Counted from the first letter of the stretch, positions 11,946 to 23,077 are shown. The stretch: DNA of 64,000 bases from Actinomycetota bacterium (GCA_026393095.1 JAPLAV010000046.1:3918-67917), one strand, 5' to 3'. Numbers and translations are program-made. The notes: generated by a model not told the origin, from the sequence alone.

Positions 11946-11997
11946 ATTCTTAATTCTACGGGATGCTTACTTTCAATTCATGTCATATTCTTGGTCT

Positions 11998-12675
11998 ATG
12001 AGAGATGAAGATTCAGGTCTGAAGATGTTGCCAGTATTTCCTCTCAACGCGGTTTTAATGCCACATCAATTAATGCCACTTCATATTTTTGAGAACCGCT
12101 ACCGACGCCTGATGGCAGATTTATTAGCTCTTCCTGAGACTGAACAACGTTTTGGAATTGTGTCAATCACTAAAGGATCTGAAACTAATGAGGATCTTCC
12201 AGCCATTTCAGAAATTGGCACGATCGCAGTTTTAAGAAAAACCAATGCTAATGCTGATGGAACTTTTGACATCATGGTTATGGGTGGCGAAAGATTTGAT
12301 GTTAAATCAATAAGTATCAGTAAAGCCCCTTATCTGATAGCTGAAGTAAAAGAAAGAAAAGAATCTCCCATTGATTTTGATCAAGCAACCATCACTTTGG
12401 CTAAAGAAAAATGTGCCGACTTCATGATGATGATGGATGCCGACAATGACAATGCGGCAAATGATTTACCTAGTGAACCTTCAGCTTTAAGTTTTCTAAT
12501 TGCTGGACTTTTACCTCTAACAGCTTTTGAGCAACAAGATTTACTAAACATTGATGATGCCAATGTGAGACTAAAAGCTGTGATGAAAATAATTAATCGC
12601 GAAACTATTTTGATGCAAGAAATACCAAGTGTGCCTGCTCCGTTTTTAACCAGAGTGACAATTAGTCCTAACTAA
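11998..12675 (+). CDS. LON substrate-binding (Lon N-terminal) domain protein
   Basis: LPVFPLNAVLMPHQLMPLHIFENRYRRLM is the canonical Lon N-domain start. The track start at 11932 overlaps hisD, so an internal ATG at 11998 or 12025 is more plausible. The 3' end overlaps dnaE convergently. Confidence 0.65.
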   Translation: MRDEDSGLKMLPVFPLNAVLMPHQLMPLHIFENRYRRLMADLLALPETEQRFGIVSITKGSETNEDLPAISEIGTIAVLRKTNANADGTFDIMVMGGERFDVKSISISKAPYLIAEVKERKESPIDFDQATITLAKEKCADFMMMMDADNDNAANDLPSEPSALSFLIAGLLPLTAFEQQDLLNIDDANVRLKAVMKIINRETILMQEIPSVPAPFLTRVTISPN

Positions 12676-15600
12676 GCAACGGCACTTGGACCCAAGAGGG
12701 CCTTTAATTCTCCAAATAAAGCTGATGTTGGCTCAACTCTAAGTTTTTCATCAATTTTCATAACTGTGGTTTTATCACCATTGCTTAAATGCAGATGAAC
12801 TTCCACAGAACCAGGATGAGTTTGTAAAACTGATTTGATGGAATCAACAACTGGTGGAGTACAACTTGCCATTGGTAATCTCACCACCACAGGACCAGTT
12901 CTTGGCTTATTGAGATCTGGCACAGAAAATTCTAAGGCAACTAATTTTGGACTTTCTTCTTCACGTGCATCAATTTTTGCTTTAACAGCCAAAATTGCAT
13001 CTTCATGAATTAATCCTGAAACATTGGCGTAAGTCTGGGAAAACACCATTAGATCTACAGCTCCTGCTAAATCTTCTAAAGTAACAATGGCCCACGATGC
13101 ACCCTGCTTAGTTACTTTTCTTTGAATATTTGTAACTAAACCTGCCACAGTCACAATTTCACCGTCATTTTTGTTGCCATGAGTTATATCTGCCATTGAA
13201 GTATCGGAGAAACGATTTAATAAATGTTCAATTCCAAGCAGTGGATGATCACTTACATAAAGCCCTAACATTTCTCTTTCAAAGTTCAACAAAATTGCTT
13301 TATCCCATTCGCCATCTGGAATAGTTATTTCTGCTCCAGTTATGGAAACGGTTTCGCCACCTCCTGCTCCAAACAAGTCGTATTGGCCAATTGATTCTGC
13401 TCTTTTTGATTCACTAGCACTATCTACCGCTTCGATATGAACGCTTAGTAAACCTTTGCGGGAATGATTCATAGAATCAAATGCACCAGCTTTAATGAGA
13501 GCTTCAATTACTCTTTTGCTACAAACAGCAGGATCAACTTTCTTTAAGAAATCAAAGAAATCAGTAAATCTTTCATTCTTTTCTCTGGAAGTGATAAGTG
13601 CTTCCACCACGTTTTCGCCCACATTTTTAATGGCAGATAATCCAAAACGAATGTCATTTCCCACAGGTGCAAATTCACTTAGAGACTCATTCACATCTGG
13701 TGGCAATACTTTAATTCCCATGCGACGGCATTCATTTAGATAAATTGCTAATTTGTCTCGATCATCTTTCACACTTGATAACAATGCAGCCATATATTCA
13801 GTGGGAAAATTAGCCTTTAAGTAAGCAGTCCAGTATGAAACTAATCCATAACCTGCGGTGTGAGCCCGGTTAAATGCGTAATCAGAGAAAGGAACAAGTG
13901 TGTCCCACAGCGTCTTAATTGCATCTTCACTGTATTTGTTTGCTCTCATTCCATCTCTAAATGGAACAAACTCTTGATCAAGAATCTCTTTCTTTTTCTT
14001 ACCCATCGCTCGTCGTAATAAATCTGCTTTGCCAAGGGAATAATCTGCCACTTTTTGAGCAATAGCCATAACTTGCTCTTGATAAACAATTAATCCATAA
14101 GTATCAGACAATATTTCGTCAAGTGGCTCAGCTAATTCTTCATGAATTGGTTTTACAAGTGTTCGTTTATTTTTTCTATCGGCATAATCATTGTGAGCGT
14201 TTACTCCCATTGGACCTGGGCGATAAAGAGCAAGAACAGCAGAAATGTGTTCAAAGTTATCTGGCTGCATGGAACGCAACAGCGCTCTCATGGGAGCACC
14301 ATCAAGTTGAAAGACTCCTAAGGTGTCTCCCCTACTTAGTAGTTCATAAGTTGGTTTATCAGTTAATTCTAATTCTTCTAACGTAAATTCAACGTTTTTA
14401 TTTCGTTTAATATGTGCTAAACAATCATCTAGAACGGTTAAGTTTCTTAAACCTAAAAAGTCCATCTTTAGAAGTCCTAAAGATTCGCAAGCTCCCATAT
14501 CAAATTGAGTGATAATGGCACCATCTTGTTCACGTTTCCAAAGTGGCACAACATCAATTAATGGTTCACGACACAAAATAACTCCAGCAGCATGAACTCC
14601 TGGTTGTCTTCTTAATCCTTCCAGGCCACGAGCTGTGTCAACAATTCTTTGCGCATCAGGATCTGTTTTATAAAGACTTCGGAATTCATTTGCTTCTTTG
14701 AATCGATCATCTGTTTTGTCAAAAATTGAAGCCAATGACATATCTTTACCAACAACTGGTGGTGGAATTAATTTGGTAATTTTGTCAGATACTGCAAATG
14801 GGTAACCTAAAACTCGAGCAGAGTCTTTAATTGCAGCTTTGGCTTTAATGGTTCCATAAGTAATGATTTGAGAGACGTGATCTGAACCGTATTTAACAGT
14901 TGCATAGCGAATCATGTCGGCTCTTCTTTTTTCATCAAAGTCAATATCAATATCGGGCAATGAAATACGTTCAGGATTTAAGAATCTTTCAAACAATAAT
15001 CCATGTTTCAAGGGATCTAATTCAGTAATTCCAAGAGCAAAAGCAATAACTGATCCACCAGCAGATCCTCGACCTGGACCTACTCTGATTTTGTTTTCCT
15101 TGGCATAACGAACAAGATCTGCTACTACTAGAAAATAACTTGGAAAACCCATTTGGTTAATTACATTTATTTCGTATTCTGCTTGCTTTAAATGAGTTTC
15201 AGGTATTTGATTTTTAAATCTTTTGGCTAAACCAAGTTTTACTTCTTTTGCTAACCAAGTTTCTTCAGTTTCACCCTGAGGAACATCAAAACTAGGCATA
15301 AGGTTTGCACCTTCTGTGAATTTCACATCACAGCGCTCTGCAATTAACAATGTGTTGTCACATGCTTCTGGGTAATCTTTCCAAATTGCACGCATCTCAG
15401 CAGGTGATTTCAAATAAAAATCTTGAGCATCAAATTTGAATCTGTTGGGATCACTCATTGTGGTTCTAGTTCCTACACAGAGTAGAACTTCATGAGAAGC
15501 AGCATCTGCGGCATAGGTGTAGTGAAGATCATTTGTTGCAACTAATGGAATGTTTAGATCTTTTGCAATCTTGAGTAAAGCCGGTCTAGTTCTTTTCTCA

Positions 15601-16199
15601 ATCTCTAAACCATGATCCATCAGTTCACAAAAGTAGTTTTCTTTACCAAATACTTCTTGCATAGAAGCAGCAACTTCGCGGGCTTTCTTTTCATCTCCTG
15701 CTTGTAACCAGCGATTTACTTCCCCAGAAGGGCACCCTGTTGTGCCAATCAGACCTTTGCCATATTTTTCAAATAATTCATAATCAAATCTTGGTTTGTA
15801 GTAATAACCTTCAAGACTGGAAAGAGAAGAAATTCTAAATAAGTTATGCATTGCTTCTGTAGTTGTGGCCCACATTGTGATGTGAGTGTAAGGAGATTTA
15901 CCTCTTCCAAATTCTTGATCATCACTTTTTGAATTTCCACCAAAATCCAACATCTCACGAGACTTTCGACCATTAGGTGCGTAATAACCTTCAATACCAA
16001 TAATTGGTTTAATTCCTTGCTCTTTTGCGTTTTTATAAAAATCAAATGCACCATAAAGATTTCCATGATCTGTGATTGCAATGGCAGGCATACCTAATCT
16101 TTTGGTTTCTGTCATTAATGGATTTAAACGAGCTGCACCATCAAGCATTGAATATTCAGTGTGAACATGAAGGTGAACAAATGAGTCGCGATCGGACAT
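12672..16199 (-). CDS. dnaE: DNA polymerase III alpha subunit (replicative DnaE1)
   Basis: 1175 aa. Intact PHP motif FVHLHVHTEYSMLDGA, polymerase active site SLPDIDIDFD, and a C-terminal OB fold. Confidence 0.97.
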   Translation of the reverse strand: MSDRDSFVHLHVHTEYSMLDGAARLNPLMTETKRLGMPAIAITDHGNLYGAFDFYKNAKEQGIKPIIGIEGYYAPNGRKSREMLDFGGNSKSDDQEFGRGKSPYTHITMWATTTEAMHNLFRISSLSSLEGYYYKPRFDYELFEKYGKGLIGTTGCPSGEVNRWLQAGDEKKAREVAASMQEVFGKENYFCELMDHGLEIEKRTRPALLKIAKDLNIPLVATNDLHYTYAADAASHEVLLCVGTRTTMSDPNRFKFDAQDFYLKSPAEMRAIWKDYPEACDNTLLIAERCDVKFTEGANLMPSFDVPQGETEETWLAKEVKLGLAKRFKNQIPETHLKQAEYEINVINQMGFPSYFLVVADLVRYAKENKIRVGPGRGSAGGSVIAFALGITELDPLKHGLLFERFLNPERISLPDIDIDFDEKRRADMIRYATVKYGSDHVSQIITYGTIKAKAAIKDSARVLGYPFAVSDKITKLIPPPVVGKDMSLASIFDKTDDRFKEANEFRSLYKTDPDAQRIVDTARGLEGLRRQPGVHAAGVILCREPLIDVVPLWKREQDGAIITQFDMGACESLGLLKMDFLGLRNLTVLDDCLAHIKRNKNVEFTLEELELTDKPTYELLSRGDTLGVFQLDGAPMRALLRSMQPDNFEHISAVLALYRPGPMGVNAHNDYADRKNKRTLVKPIHEELAEPLDEILSDTYGLIVYQEQVMAIAQKVADYSLGKADLLRRAMGKKKKEILDQEFVPFRDGMRANKYSEDAIKTLWDTLVPFSDYAFNRAHTAGYGLVSYWTAYLKANFPTEYMAALLSSVKDDRDKLAIYLNECRRMGIKVLPPDVNESLSEFAPVGNDIRFGLSAIKNVGENVVEALITSREKNERFTDFFDFLKKVDPAVCSKRVIEALIKAGAFDSMNHSRKGLLSVHIEAVDSASESKRAESIGQYDLFGAGGGETVSITGAEITIPDGEWDKAILLNFEREMLGLYVSDHPLLGIEHLLNRFSDTSMADITHGNKNDGEIVTVAGLVTNIQRKVTKQGASWAIVTLEDLAGAVDLMVFSQTYANVSGLIHEDAILAVKAKIDAREEESPKLVALEFSVPDLNKPRTGPVVVRLPMASCTPPVVDSIKSVLQTHPGSVEVHLHLSNGDKTTVMKIDEKLRVEPTSALFGELKALLGPSAVA

Positions 16200-16279
16200 G
16201 ACTAACTAAAGGTCCTTTCGACTTTGGAATACAAAGGGGAAGATTTGTATTACTAATTTATGTCTTAGTTCTGACAATT

Positions 16280-17203
16280 TTACTGATAAGCCTCGGCGAT
16301 GCGAGTAAGACTTAACGTGAGGTCTTGAGGATAAGCGGAGTTAAATGTCACATCTTGACCTGTCTTTGGGTGACGAAATGTTAACTGTGTGGCGTGTAAC
16401 CACTGGCGGTGCAATTCGAGTTTGCCAGCCAACTTGGGATCTGCTCCATACATCGAATCTCCAACGCAAGGATGCTTGATTGCTGCCATGTGAACTCTGA
16501 TTTGGTGGGTTCGTCCAGTTTCTAATTCAATCTTTAAAAGTGATGCTCCAGCAAAAGCTTCAATGGTTTCATAATGAGTAACGCTGTCTTTGCCACCATT
16601 TACTACCGCATATTTGTAATTTTCTTGTGGATGTCTATCAATTGGTGCATCAATTGTTCCTTTAGAAGGATCAGGATGACCTTGCACTAATGCGTGATAA
16701 ATCTTTTTCACAGTTCTATCTCTAAATTGATCTTTTAAACTTTCATAAGCTAATTCACTTTTTGCTACCACCATGACACCACTTGTGCCAACATCTAAGC
16801 GATGCACAATGCCTTGTCTTTCTGGTGCTCCACTTGTTGAAATTCGATGTCCTAGATCTGCAATTGATGCGGTAACTGTTGGACCTTCCCAACCAGGACT
16901 TGCATGAACTGCAACTCCTACTGGTTTATCGATTACCACAACATCTTCATCAGCAAAAAGTATAGGAATTTTTGTAACTTGATCAGCAGGATTAATGGCA
17001 GCTTTGATAATTGGGTTATAAACAACTTTATCTCCAGTGGCGACCCTGTGGGATTTTAAAGCTAATTTGTCATTTACTAAAACTGAACCTGCATCAATAT
17101 CGGATGCAACTTTGGTGCGAGATATTTCAAAAGTTACAGACAGTAGTGCATCAAGTCTTGAACCATCTTGGGCTTCATCTACAACTAGAGAATATTCACT
17201 CAT
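16280..17203 (-). CDS. rluD: RluA-family 23S rRNA pseudouridine synthase
   Basis: 307 aa with an N-terminal S4-like domain and the catalytic HRLDVGTSGVMVVAK motif. Lies next to lspA, as in other Actinobacteria. Confidence 0.85.
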   Translation of the reverse strand: MSEYSLVVDEAQDGSRLDALLSVTFEISRTKVASDIDAGSVLVNDKLALKSHRVATGDKVVYNPIIKAAINPADQVTKIPILFADEDVVVIDKPVGVAVHASPGWEGPTVTASIADLGHRISTSGAPERQGIVHRLDVGTSGVMVVAKSELAYESLKDQFRDRTVKKIYHALVQGHPDPSKGTIDAPIDRHPQENYKYAVVNGGKDSVTHYETIEAFAGASLLKIELETGRTHQIRVHMAAIKHPCVGDSMYGADPKLAGKLELHRQWLHATQLTFRHPKTGQDVTFNSAYPQDLTLSLTRIAEAYQ

Positions 17204-17718
17204 TATTTTTCACTCTTAAGATAAGGATCTTTGCCAAACAAAGCCATCGCAGCAATTACTACTGCTGAAATACTTACACCCATATCGGCAATATTAAAGA
17301 CGGCCCAATAAGGAATCTGAATGAAATCAACAACGGCTCCTCTAAATACTCCAGGGGATCTAAATAAGCGATCAATCAAATTTCCAATCGCTCCGCCCAG
17401 CATTGCCCCTAAACATATGGCCCAACTCAATCTGACAACTTTTTTACCTGTTCTATATATATAGAAGGCAATAACGAAAGCCAAGATCGTAAATACCCAG
17501 GTAGTGCTACTTCCCAAGCTAAATGCTGCACCTGGATTTCTGAAGAATGTAAATTGCAACAAAGGACCTGCGTTTTCTCCAAATATTGCTGGAATCAAGA
17601 CAATGTTGGGACGATTTTCCAGATATCGCACAGCCAATACTTTGGTTATTAAATCAAGAACGATTACGCCTATGGCAATCTTCAGCATTAATTCTTGTAA
17701 ATGTGTGCGACTCTTCAC
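17203..17718 (-). CDS. lspA: lipoprotein signal peptidase (signal peptidase II)
   Basis: 171 aa four-TM protein with FRNPGAAFS, NLIDR, VVDFI and FNIADM motifs. Confidence 0.92.
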   Translation of the reverse strand: MKSRTHLQELMLKIAIGVIVLDLITKVLAVRYLENRPNIVLIPAIFGENAGPLLQFTFFRNPGAAFSLGSSTTWVFTILAFVIAFYIYRTGKKVVRLSWAICLGAMLGGAIGNLIDRLFRSPGVFRGAVVDFIQIPYWAVFNIADMGVSISAVVIAAMALFGKDPYLKSEK

Positions 17719-17814
17719 CTAGTGAACACTACGCTCCTGAGGGTTCTCATAAACTACGAGAGTCGTGTTTTTTTCTTATTTAACCTTGAACAAAGTTAGG
17801 AAGGTGTTCTAATC

Positions 17815-20800
17815 GTGTATCGCGAGGTACCCAATCGAATCAACCTTCCTGAAATGGAACATGAAGTATTAGGAATGTGGGAAAAGGAAGAAATTTTCCA
17901 CAAATCTTTAAACCAAAGAGATCCAAAAAAATCGTGGGTCTTCTACGAAGGTCCCCCAACTGCTAATGGCAAACCAGGTGCTCATCACGTTGAAGCAAGA
18001 GTTTTCAAAGACGTATTTCCAAGATTTAAAGCGATGCAAGGCTATTACGTTCCTCGTTATGCAGGTTGGGATTGTCACGGATTACCAGTTGAATTAGCTG
18101 TTGAAAAAGAATTAGGTTTCACCGGTAAAAACGATATTGAAAAATATGGCGTTGCTGAATTCAATGCAAAATGTCGTGAATCTGTTTTAAGAAACGTAAG
18201 TGACTTCACCACCATGACTTCCCGCATGGGTTATTGGGTTGATTTCGACAAAGCCTATTGGACTATGAATCCAAGTTATGTGGAATCTGTTTGGTGGTCT
18301 TTAAAGGAAATTCACAAAAAAGGTTTATTGGTATCTGACTATCGAGTAAGCCCATATTGCCCAAGATGTGGCACGGGTTTATCAGATCATGAATTAGCTC
18401 TTGGTTATGAAACCATAACTGATCAATCTATCTACATTAAGTTTCCTGTTCTTGATGGTGAATTAGCAAAGAAATACAAAAATCTTTCCCTTTTGGTTTG
18501 GACTACCACACCTTGGACCACCATCAGTAATACTGCAGCCGCGGTGGGTCCAAAAATTGATTACTTAATTGCCCAAGTTGAAGAAGAACACTTTGTTATT
18601 GCTAAAGAGTTAGTTGCACTCCTTGGAGAAGAAGTATCAATAAAGGAAACTGTTAAAGGTAAAGACTTAGAAGGTATTCACTACCAACCACCATTTGGTA
18701 AAACACTTTTCGAAGATGATGCACCAGCAGCACTTCATAGTGTGGTTTTGGCAGATTATGTAACAACAGAAGATGGCACAGGAATTGTTCATCAATCCCC
18801 TGCTTTTGGAGCCGAGGACTTACAGGTTTGTAGAAAATATGGTTTACCTGTAGTAAATCCAGTTCAAGCAGATGGTCACTTTGCACCAAATACTCCTCTT
18901 GTGGCAGGACAATTCTTTAAGAAAGCTGACAAAGATATTGTTAAAGATTTAAAGAAACGTGAAATTTTATTTAAAGAATTAGCTTACGAACATCAATATC
19001 CTCATTGTTGGCGCTGTCACACTCCATTGATGTATTACGCCCAACCTTCTTGGTACATCAGAACAACTCAAATTAAAGATGCGCTACTGCGAGAAAATGA
19101 AAAGACTAATTGGTTTCCTAACACCATCAAGCATGGTCGATACGGCGACTGGTTAAACAACAACATTGATTGGGCTTTATCCAGAAACAGATATTGGGGC
19201 ACTCCTTTACCTATTTGGATTTGTGAAGACAAACATCAAACAGCCGTTGGATCTTTAAAAGAATTAAGTGAATTATCAGGCAAAGATGTCACAAACACTG
19301 ATCCTCATCGCCCCTTTGTTGATGACATCACAATAACTTGTCCAGAATGTAAAAAAACTGCCACAAGAGTTCCAGAAGTAATTGATTGTTGGTATGACTC
19401 AGGAGCAATGCCTTTTGCTCAACTTTCATATCCTCAACAAAACCAAGACTTATTCAAAACAAGTTACCCAGCTGATTTCATTTGTGAAGCAATTGATCAA
19501 ACCCGTGGATGGTTTTACACGTTAATGGCCATTGGAACTTTAGTTTTTGATCAAAGTTCTTACAAAAACGTTGTCACACTTGGTCACATCTTGGATGAAA
19601 AGGGTCGCAAGATGAGTAAACATCTAGGAAATGTTTTAGAACCAATTGCGTTAATGGATGAACACGGTGCAGATTCTGTGCGCTGGTTCATGTTGGCATC
19701 AGGTTCTCCGTGGCAAGCACGCAGAGTTGGTCATGCTGCCATCCAAGAAGTAACAAGAAAAGTTTTGTTGACCTATTGGAATACTGCTTCGTTTCTTTCC
19801 CTTTACACCCGTTTATCAACATATAAACCAGGTGACAAAGTAATTGCTAGAAAAGAAAGACCTGAAATTGATCAATGGTTACTTAGTTTGGTTGATGATG
19901 CAGTTTTGCAAGTAACTAGTGCCTTAGAAAACTTTGATACCCAAAAAGCAGGACGAGTTCTTGCTGATGTTGTTGATGATATGTCTAATTGGTATGTCAG
20001 AAGAAACAGAAGAAGATTCTGGGATGGCGATCCTGTAGCACTTGCAACTTTGCATGAAGCTTTAAGAACAATTACTTTAATCATGTCTCCTTTTGTGCCA
20101 TTTATAACTGAGCGCGTATGGCAAGACATGTTTAGAGCTACAACTGATGCTTCTTTGCAATCTGTTCATTTGGGCAATTGGCCAGAGGTTAATAAGTCAG
20201 AAATAAGAACAGACTTAATTGAAAACATGGGACTAATCAGACGACTAGTAGAACTTGGTCGTGGAGCTCGTGCCGAAGGAAAAGTAAAGAACCGTCAACC
20301 ACTTTCTAGAGCATTAGTTTCAGCCAAGAACTGGGACAAAGTTCCTCAAGATTTAAGAGACCAATTAGCAGAAGAATTAAACATACTTGATTTGCAATCA
20401 TTGAGTGAGACCGGTGACTTAGTAAATGTTGCTGTGAAAGCAAACTTTAGAACCCTTGGGGCTCGTTACGCCAAGGAAACTCAATTAATCGCCAAAGAAA
20501 TCTCAAACTCAGATGCAGCAGCTTTGGTTCAAGAATTAAGAAAAACTAACAAATCATTGATCAAAGTTGATGGTCAAGAATTTGAAATCACTGCTGAAGA
20601 TGTGATCATCACCGAAACTCCACGTGAGGGCTGGTCTGTGATGAGCCAAGATGGTGAAACTATTGCCCTTGATTTAGAAATCTCGGCTGAATTAAGAAGT
20701 CTGGGAATTTCACGTGAAGTAATCAGAATGATTCAAGAAGCACGAAAGAATTCTGGTTTTGAAGTTTCAGATCGAATCAATTTGAAATATCACACCACAG

Positions 20801-20949
20801 ATGATCAAGTTAAGGCATCAATCCTTGCAAACTTAGAAGTAATTAAAAGTGAAGTTCTAGCACTTGAATTTGTTGCGGCAAAAGGATCTGCTGAGCCTAC
20901 GACTGTTGATGAAGAGCTAAACGTTCAAATCTGGATTGAAAAAGCCTAA
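17815..20949 (+). CDS. ileS: isoleucine--tRNA ligase (type 2)
   Basis: 1044 aa. GTG start with AGGAAGG about 10 nt upstream. Carries the HIGH-like PGAHHV, KMSKHLGN, and zinc motifs CPRCGT and CWRCHTP. Confidence 0.96.
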   Translation: MYREVPNRINLPEMEHEVLGMWEKEEIFHKSLNQRDPKKSWVFYEGPPTANGKPGAHHVEARVFKDVFPRFKAMQGYYVPRYAGWDCHGLPVELAVEKELGFTGKNDIEKYGVAEFNAKCRESVLRNVSDFTTMTSRMGYWVDFDKAYWTMNPSYVESVWWSLKEIHKKGLLVSDYRVSPYCPRCGTGLSDHELALGYETITDQSIYIKFPVLDGELAKKYKNLSLLVWTTTPWTTISNTAAAVGPKIDYLIAQVEEEHFVIAKELVALLGEEVSIKETVKGKDLEGIHYQPPFGKTLFEDDAPAALHSVVLADYVTTEDGTGIVHQSPAFGAEDLQVCRKYGLPVVNPVQADGHFAPNTPLVAGQFFKKADKDIVKDLKKREILFKELAYEHQYPHCWRCHTPLMYYAQPSWYIRTTQIKDALLRENEKTNWFPNTIKHGRYGDWLNNNIDWALSRNRYWGTPLPIWICEDKHQTAVGSLKELSELSGKDVTNTDPHRPFVDDITITCPECKKTATRVPEVIDCWYDSGAMPFAQLSYPQQNQDLFKTSYPADFICEAIDQTRGWFYTLMAIGTLVFDQSSYKNVVTLGHILDEKGRKMSKHLGNVLEPIALMDEHGADSVRWFMLASGSPWQARRVGHAAIQEVTRKVLLTYWNTASFLSLYTRLSTYKPGDKVIARKERPEIDQWLLSLVDDAVLQVTSALENFDTQKAGRVLADVVDDMSNWYVRRNRRRFWDGDPVALATLHEALRTITLIMSPFVPFITERVWQDMFRATTDASLQSVHLGNWPEVNKSEIRTDLIENMGLIRRLVELGRGARAEGKVKNRQPLSRALVSAKNWDKVPQDLRDQLAEELNILDLQSLSETGDLVNVAVKANFRTLGARYAKETQLIAKEISNSDAAALVQELRKTNKSLIKVDGQEFEITAEDVIITETPREGWSVMSQDGETIALDLEISAELRSLGISREVIRMIQEARKNSGFEVSDRINLKYHTTDDQVKASILANLEVIKSEVLALEFVAAKGSAEPTTVDEELNVQIWIEKA

Positions 20950-20953
20950 ATCT

Positions 20954-21439
20954 TTATTGGTTTTCTGGAGCACTAGTAATTACATTGACTGGTTCAGTGT
21001 TTTCAATTGAATCATTTAATTGTGCACCCAAATCAGTAAGCATTCCTGATAACCAATTTCTGAGTCTGTTGCGATAATCAATTTCTATAGCTTCAAGTCT
21101 TTTAATTTGAGCTTCGATTTGAGCTTTTTCTGATTCAACGCTGGAAGAAATAGAAGCCGCTCTTGCTCTTGCTTCTCGAACTAATCTTTCTGCTTCATTG
21201 GTTGCAGCAGTTAAGGCTTGTTGAGCAAGAGTTAAAACTTCAACTGGAGATTTAGTATCAACACTTTGTGAACTGGAAAGTGATGTTCCTCTGTGTGCCA
21301 TTTCGAGTTCATTTTGCAAACTTGCAATTTCGTCAGCAACTTTTTCTAAGAATTCATCAACTTGGCTTACGTCATAACCCATGCGCATGCGGGTGGTGTC
21401 AAAGACGACGTTGGCAACATCTTCAGGTGTTAATGCCAT
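20954..21439 (-). CDS. divIVA: DivIVA-domain cell-pole/septum protein (Wag31-like)
   Basis: 161 aa. The N-terminal LTPEDVANVVFDTTRMRMGYDVSQVDEFLEKV DivIVA motif is followed by a coiled coil. Position is downstream of yggT and sepF. Confidence 0.88.
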   Translation of the reverse strand: MALTPEDVANVVFDTTRMRMGYDVSQVDEFLEKVADEIASLQNELEMAHRGTSLSSSQSVDTKSPVEVLTLAQQALTAATNEAERLVREARARAASISSSVESEKAQIEAQIKRLEAIEIDYRNRLRNWLSGMLTDLGAQLNDSIENTEPVNVITSAPENQ

Positions 21440-21502
21440 TTATCCACTCCAAGAGTCAATTTACAAAGATTAATCTACCCTGCTAATGCTCGAAAATGGT
21501 AA

Positions 21503-21778
21503 TTAGAGGGAGGAAAATATACCTATGGCTATTTGAATCAGGATAATCACAACTAAGAAAGACATATCCAAGGAAACCGAACCGATTCTTAAAGGCGGGA
21601 TAAATCTTCTAAAGAAATTCAATGGTGGGTCAGTCAGGGAATAAATGGTTTCGACTAACAACAAGAGAAATCCAGTAGGTTGCCAAGAACGGGCGAACAT
21701 CTGCACATAATCAAAAACCAAACGACCGATCATGACTAACAGATATAACTGAAGTAACTGCGCAATTATTGAACCCAT
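21503..21778 (-). CDS. YggT-family membrane protein
   Basis: 91 aa two-TM protein in the conserved sepF-yggT-divIVA slot. Confidence 0.75.
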   Translation of the reverse strand: MGSIIAQLLQLYLLVMIGRLVFDYVQMFARSWQPTGFLLLLVETIYSLTDPPLNFFRRFIPPLRIGSVSLDMSFLVVIILIQIAIGIFSSL

Positions 21779-21794
21779 ATAGATTTAGTTTAAA

Positions 21795-22295
21795 TTAAAC
21801 TTGATTAAAAAAGCCATCTTGAGCGACTTGTTGGCGAGCTTCTGCCCCAAGATCAACGTTGGCTGGTGATATCAAGAAAACTGAATTGGTTACTCTTTCA
21901 ATGGTTCCTCTTAGAGCAAAAGCTAAACCTGATGCAAAATCAAGAATTCTCTTTTGGTCACTTGGATCCATTTCAGACAAGTTAATAATTACTGGTGTTC
22001 CATCGCGGTATTCCTCACCAATTCTTCGAGCATCATTAAACGCTCTTGGATGAAGTGTGGTGATACGAGACACTGGTTCTGCCATTACTGGTTTTACTTG
22101 AGGTGCAATTCTTACTTCTGGTCTTTCAACTAATGCTGTAGATCCATTTGTAGAAAAAGCTCTAGGAATTGGTGACCAACGAGGAGTTGCTGGGGCTTCT
22201 TCTTCGTAAAATTCTTCAATTTCATCATCTAAATAATTTTGATTATCTTCAACTAAACCTAAATAGACAGCCATTTTGCGAAAGCCTTTTGGCAT
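21795..22295 (-). CDS. sepF: cell division protein SepF
   Basis: 166 aa with N-terminal MAVYLGLVED and a C-terminal SepF core (PVIINLSEMD...RILDFASGLAFALRGTIERV). Confidence 0.9.
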   Translation of the reverse strand: MPKGFRKMAVYLGLVEDNQNYLDDEIEEFYEEEAPATPRWSPIPRAFSTNGSTALVERPEVRIAPQVKPVMAEPVSRITTLHPRAFNDARRIGEEYRDGTPVIINLSEMDPSDQKRILDFASGLAFALRGTIERVTNSVFLISPANVDLGAEARQQVAQDGFFNQV

Positions 22296-22375
22296 ATCTT
22301 CCTCCTGGTTACATACGTGTGTGTCACTTGCGAACTCTTAAGTTGCAGTAGTTACGCCTGTGACTAAAGACAAAG

Positions 22376-23077
22376 TTACCCGATTTTTGGTCTTTCCCCG
22401 AGTAAGGCAGACCCAATTCGAAGGTGTGTCGCACCATGCAAAATTGCTGCTTCTAAATCATCACTCATCCCAGCCGACAAAATCTCGGCTTGAGGATGTT
22501 CTTTCAAGAAACTATCTCTGATGTCTTTCAATCTGGCAAAAGCAAGTTCAGGCTTTTCTCCCAAAGGTGCCACACTCATCAAACCTTTTAATTCCAGATG
22601 ACTTGCCTGGCTAATAGATGCAGCTAATTCACTTAATTCCGCAGGCCAAATGCCACCTCTGGTTGGATCTGGTCCAGATTGGTCAAGATCAACCTGAATC
22701 AAAACCGATTGAACTTTGTTTATCCCTTGAGCACTCTTTTGAATTTCTTTAGCTAATGACCAACGATCAACAGAGTGAATTAGATCCGCATAATTAACTA
22801 CTGATTTTGCTTTGTTGGATTGTAATTGACCAATGAAATGCCATTTGAATTCATTTTTTACTTCAGCCTTTTTGGAAGATGCTTCTTGATCTCTATTTTC
22901 TCCCACATTTTCAATTCCTAATTGTTTTAACAAATCAACATCTCTTGCCGGATAGGTCTTGGTCACGGCAATCAGTGTGATTTCTGCAATATCTCTTCCT
23001 GCGGCACTACAGGCATTTTTTATTCGGGCTTGAATAATTTCTAGATTGCTTTGGATTTCACTTAAGCGATTACTCAT
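22376..23077 (-). CDS. yggS: YggS-family pyridoxal-phosphate homeostasis protein
   Basis: 233 aa with the PLP lysine in LIAVTKTYP, plus HFIGQLQSNK and GMSDDLE motifs. Confidence 0.88.
   Translation of the reverse strand: MSNRLSEIQSNLEIIQARIKNACSAAGRDIAEITLIAVTKTYPARDVDLLKQLGIENVGENRDQEASSKKAEVKNEFKWHFIGQLQSNKAKSVVNYADLIHSVDRWSLAKEIQKSAQGINKVQSVLIQVDLDQSGPDPTRGGIWPAELSELAASISQASHLELKGLMSVAPLGEKPELAFARLKDIRDSFLKEHPQAEILSAGMSDDLEAAILHGATHLRIGSALLGERPKIG

Noticed and set aside
17719-17814. A possible T-box or attenuator leader upstream of ileS, as actinobacterial ileS genes often carry T-box riboswitches. A T-run (GTGTTTTTTTC) and a GGTACC-containing segment near the start codon caught my eye.
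   Set aside because: The whole divergent spacer is only 96 nt and must also hold two promoters. I cannot find the T-box consensus (GGGUGGUACCGCG-like) or a convincing stem before the T-run. The CGCGAGGTACCC string lies inside the coding sequence (codons for YREVP) and does not match the consensus. A cmsearch with the Rfam T-box model would settle it.
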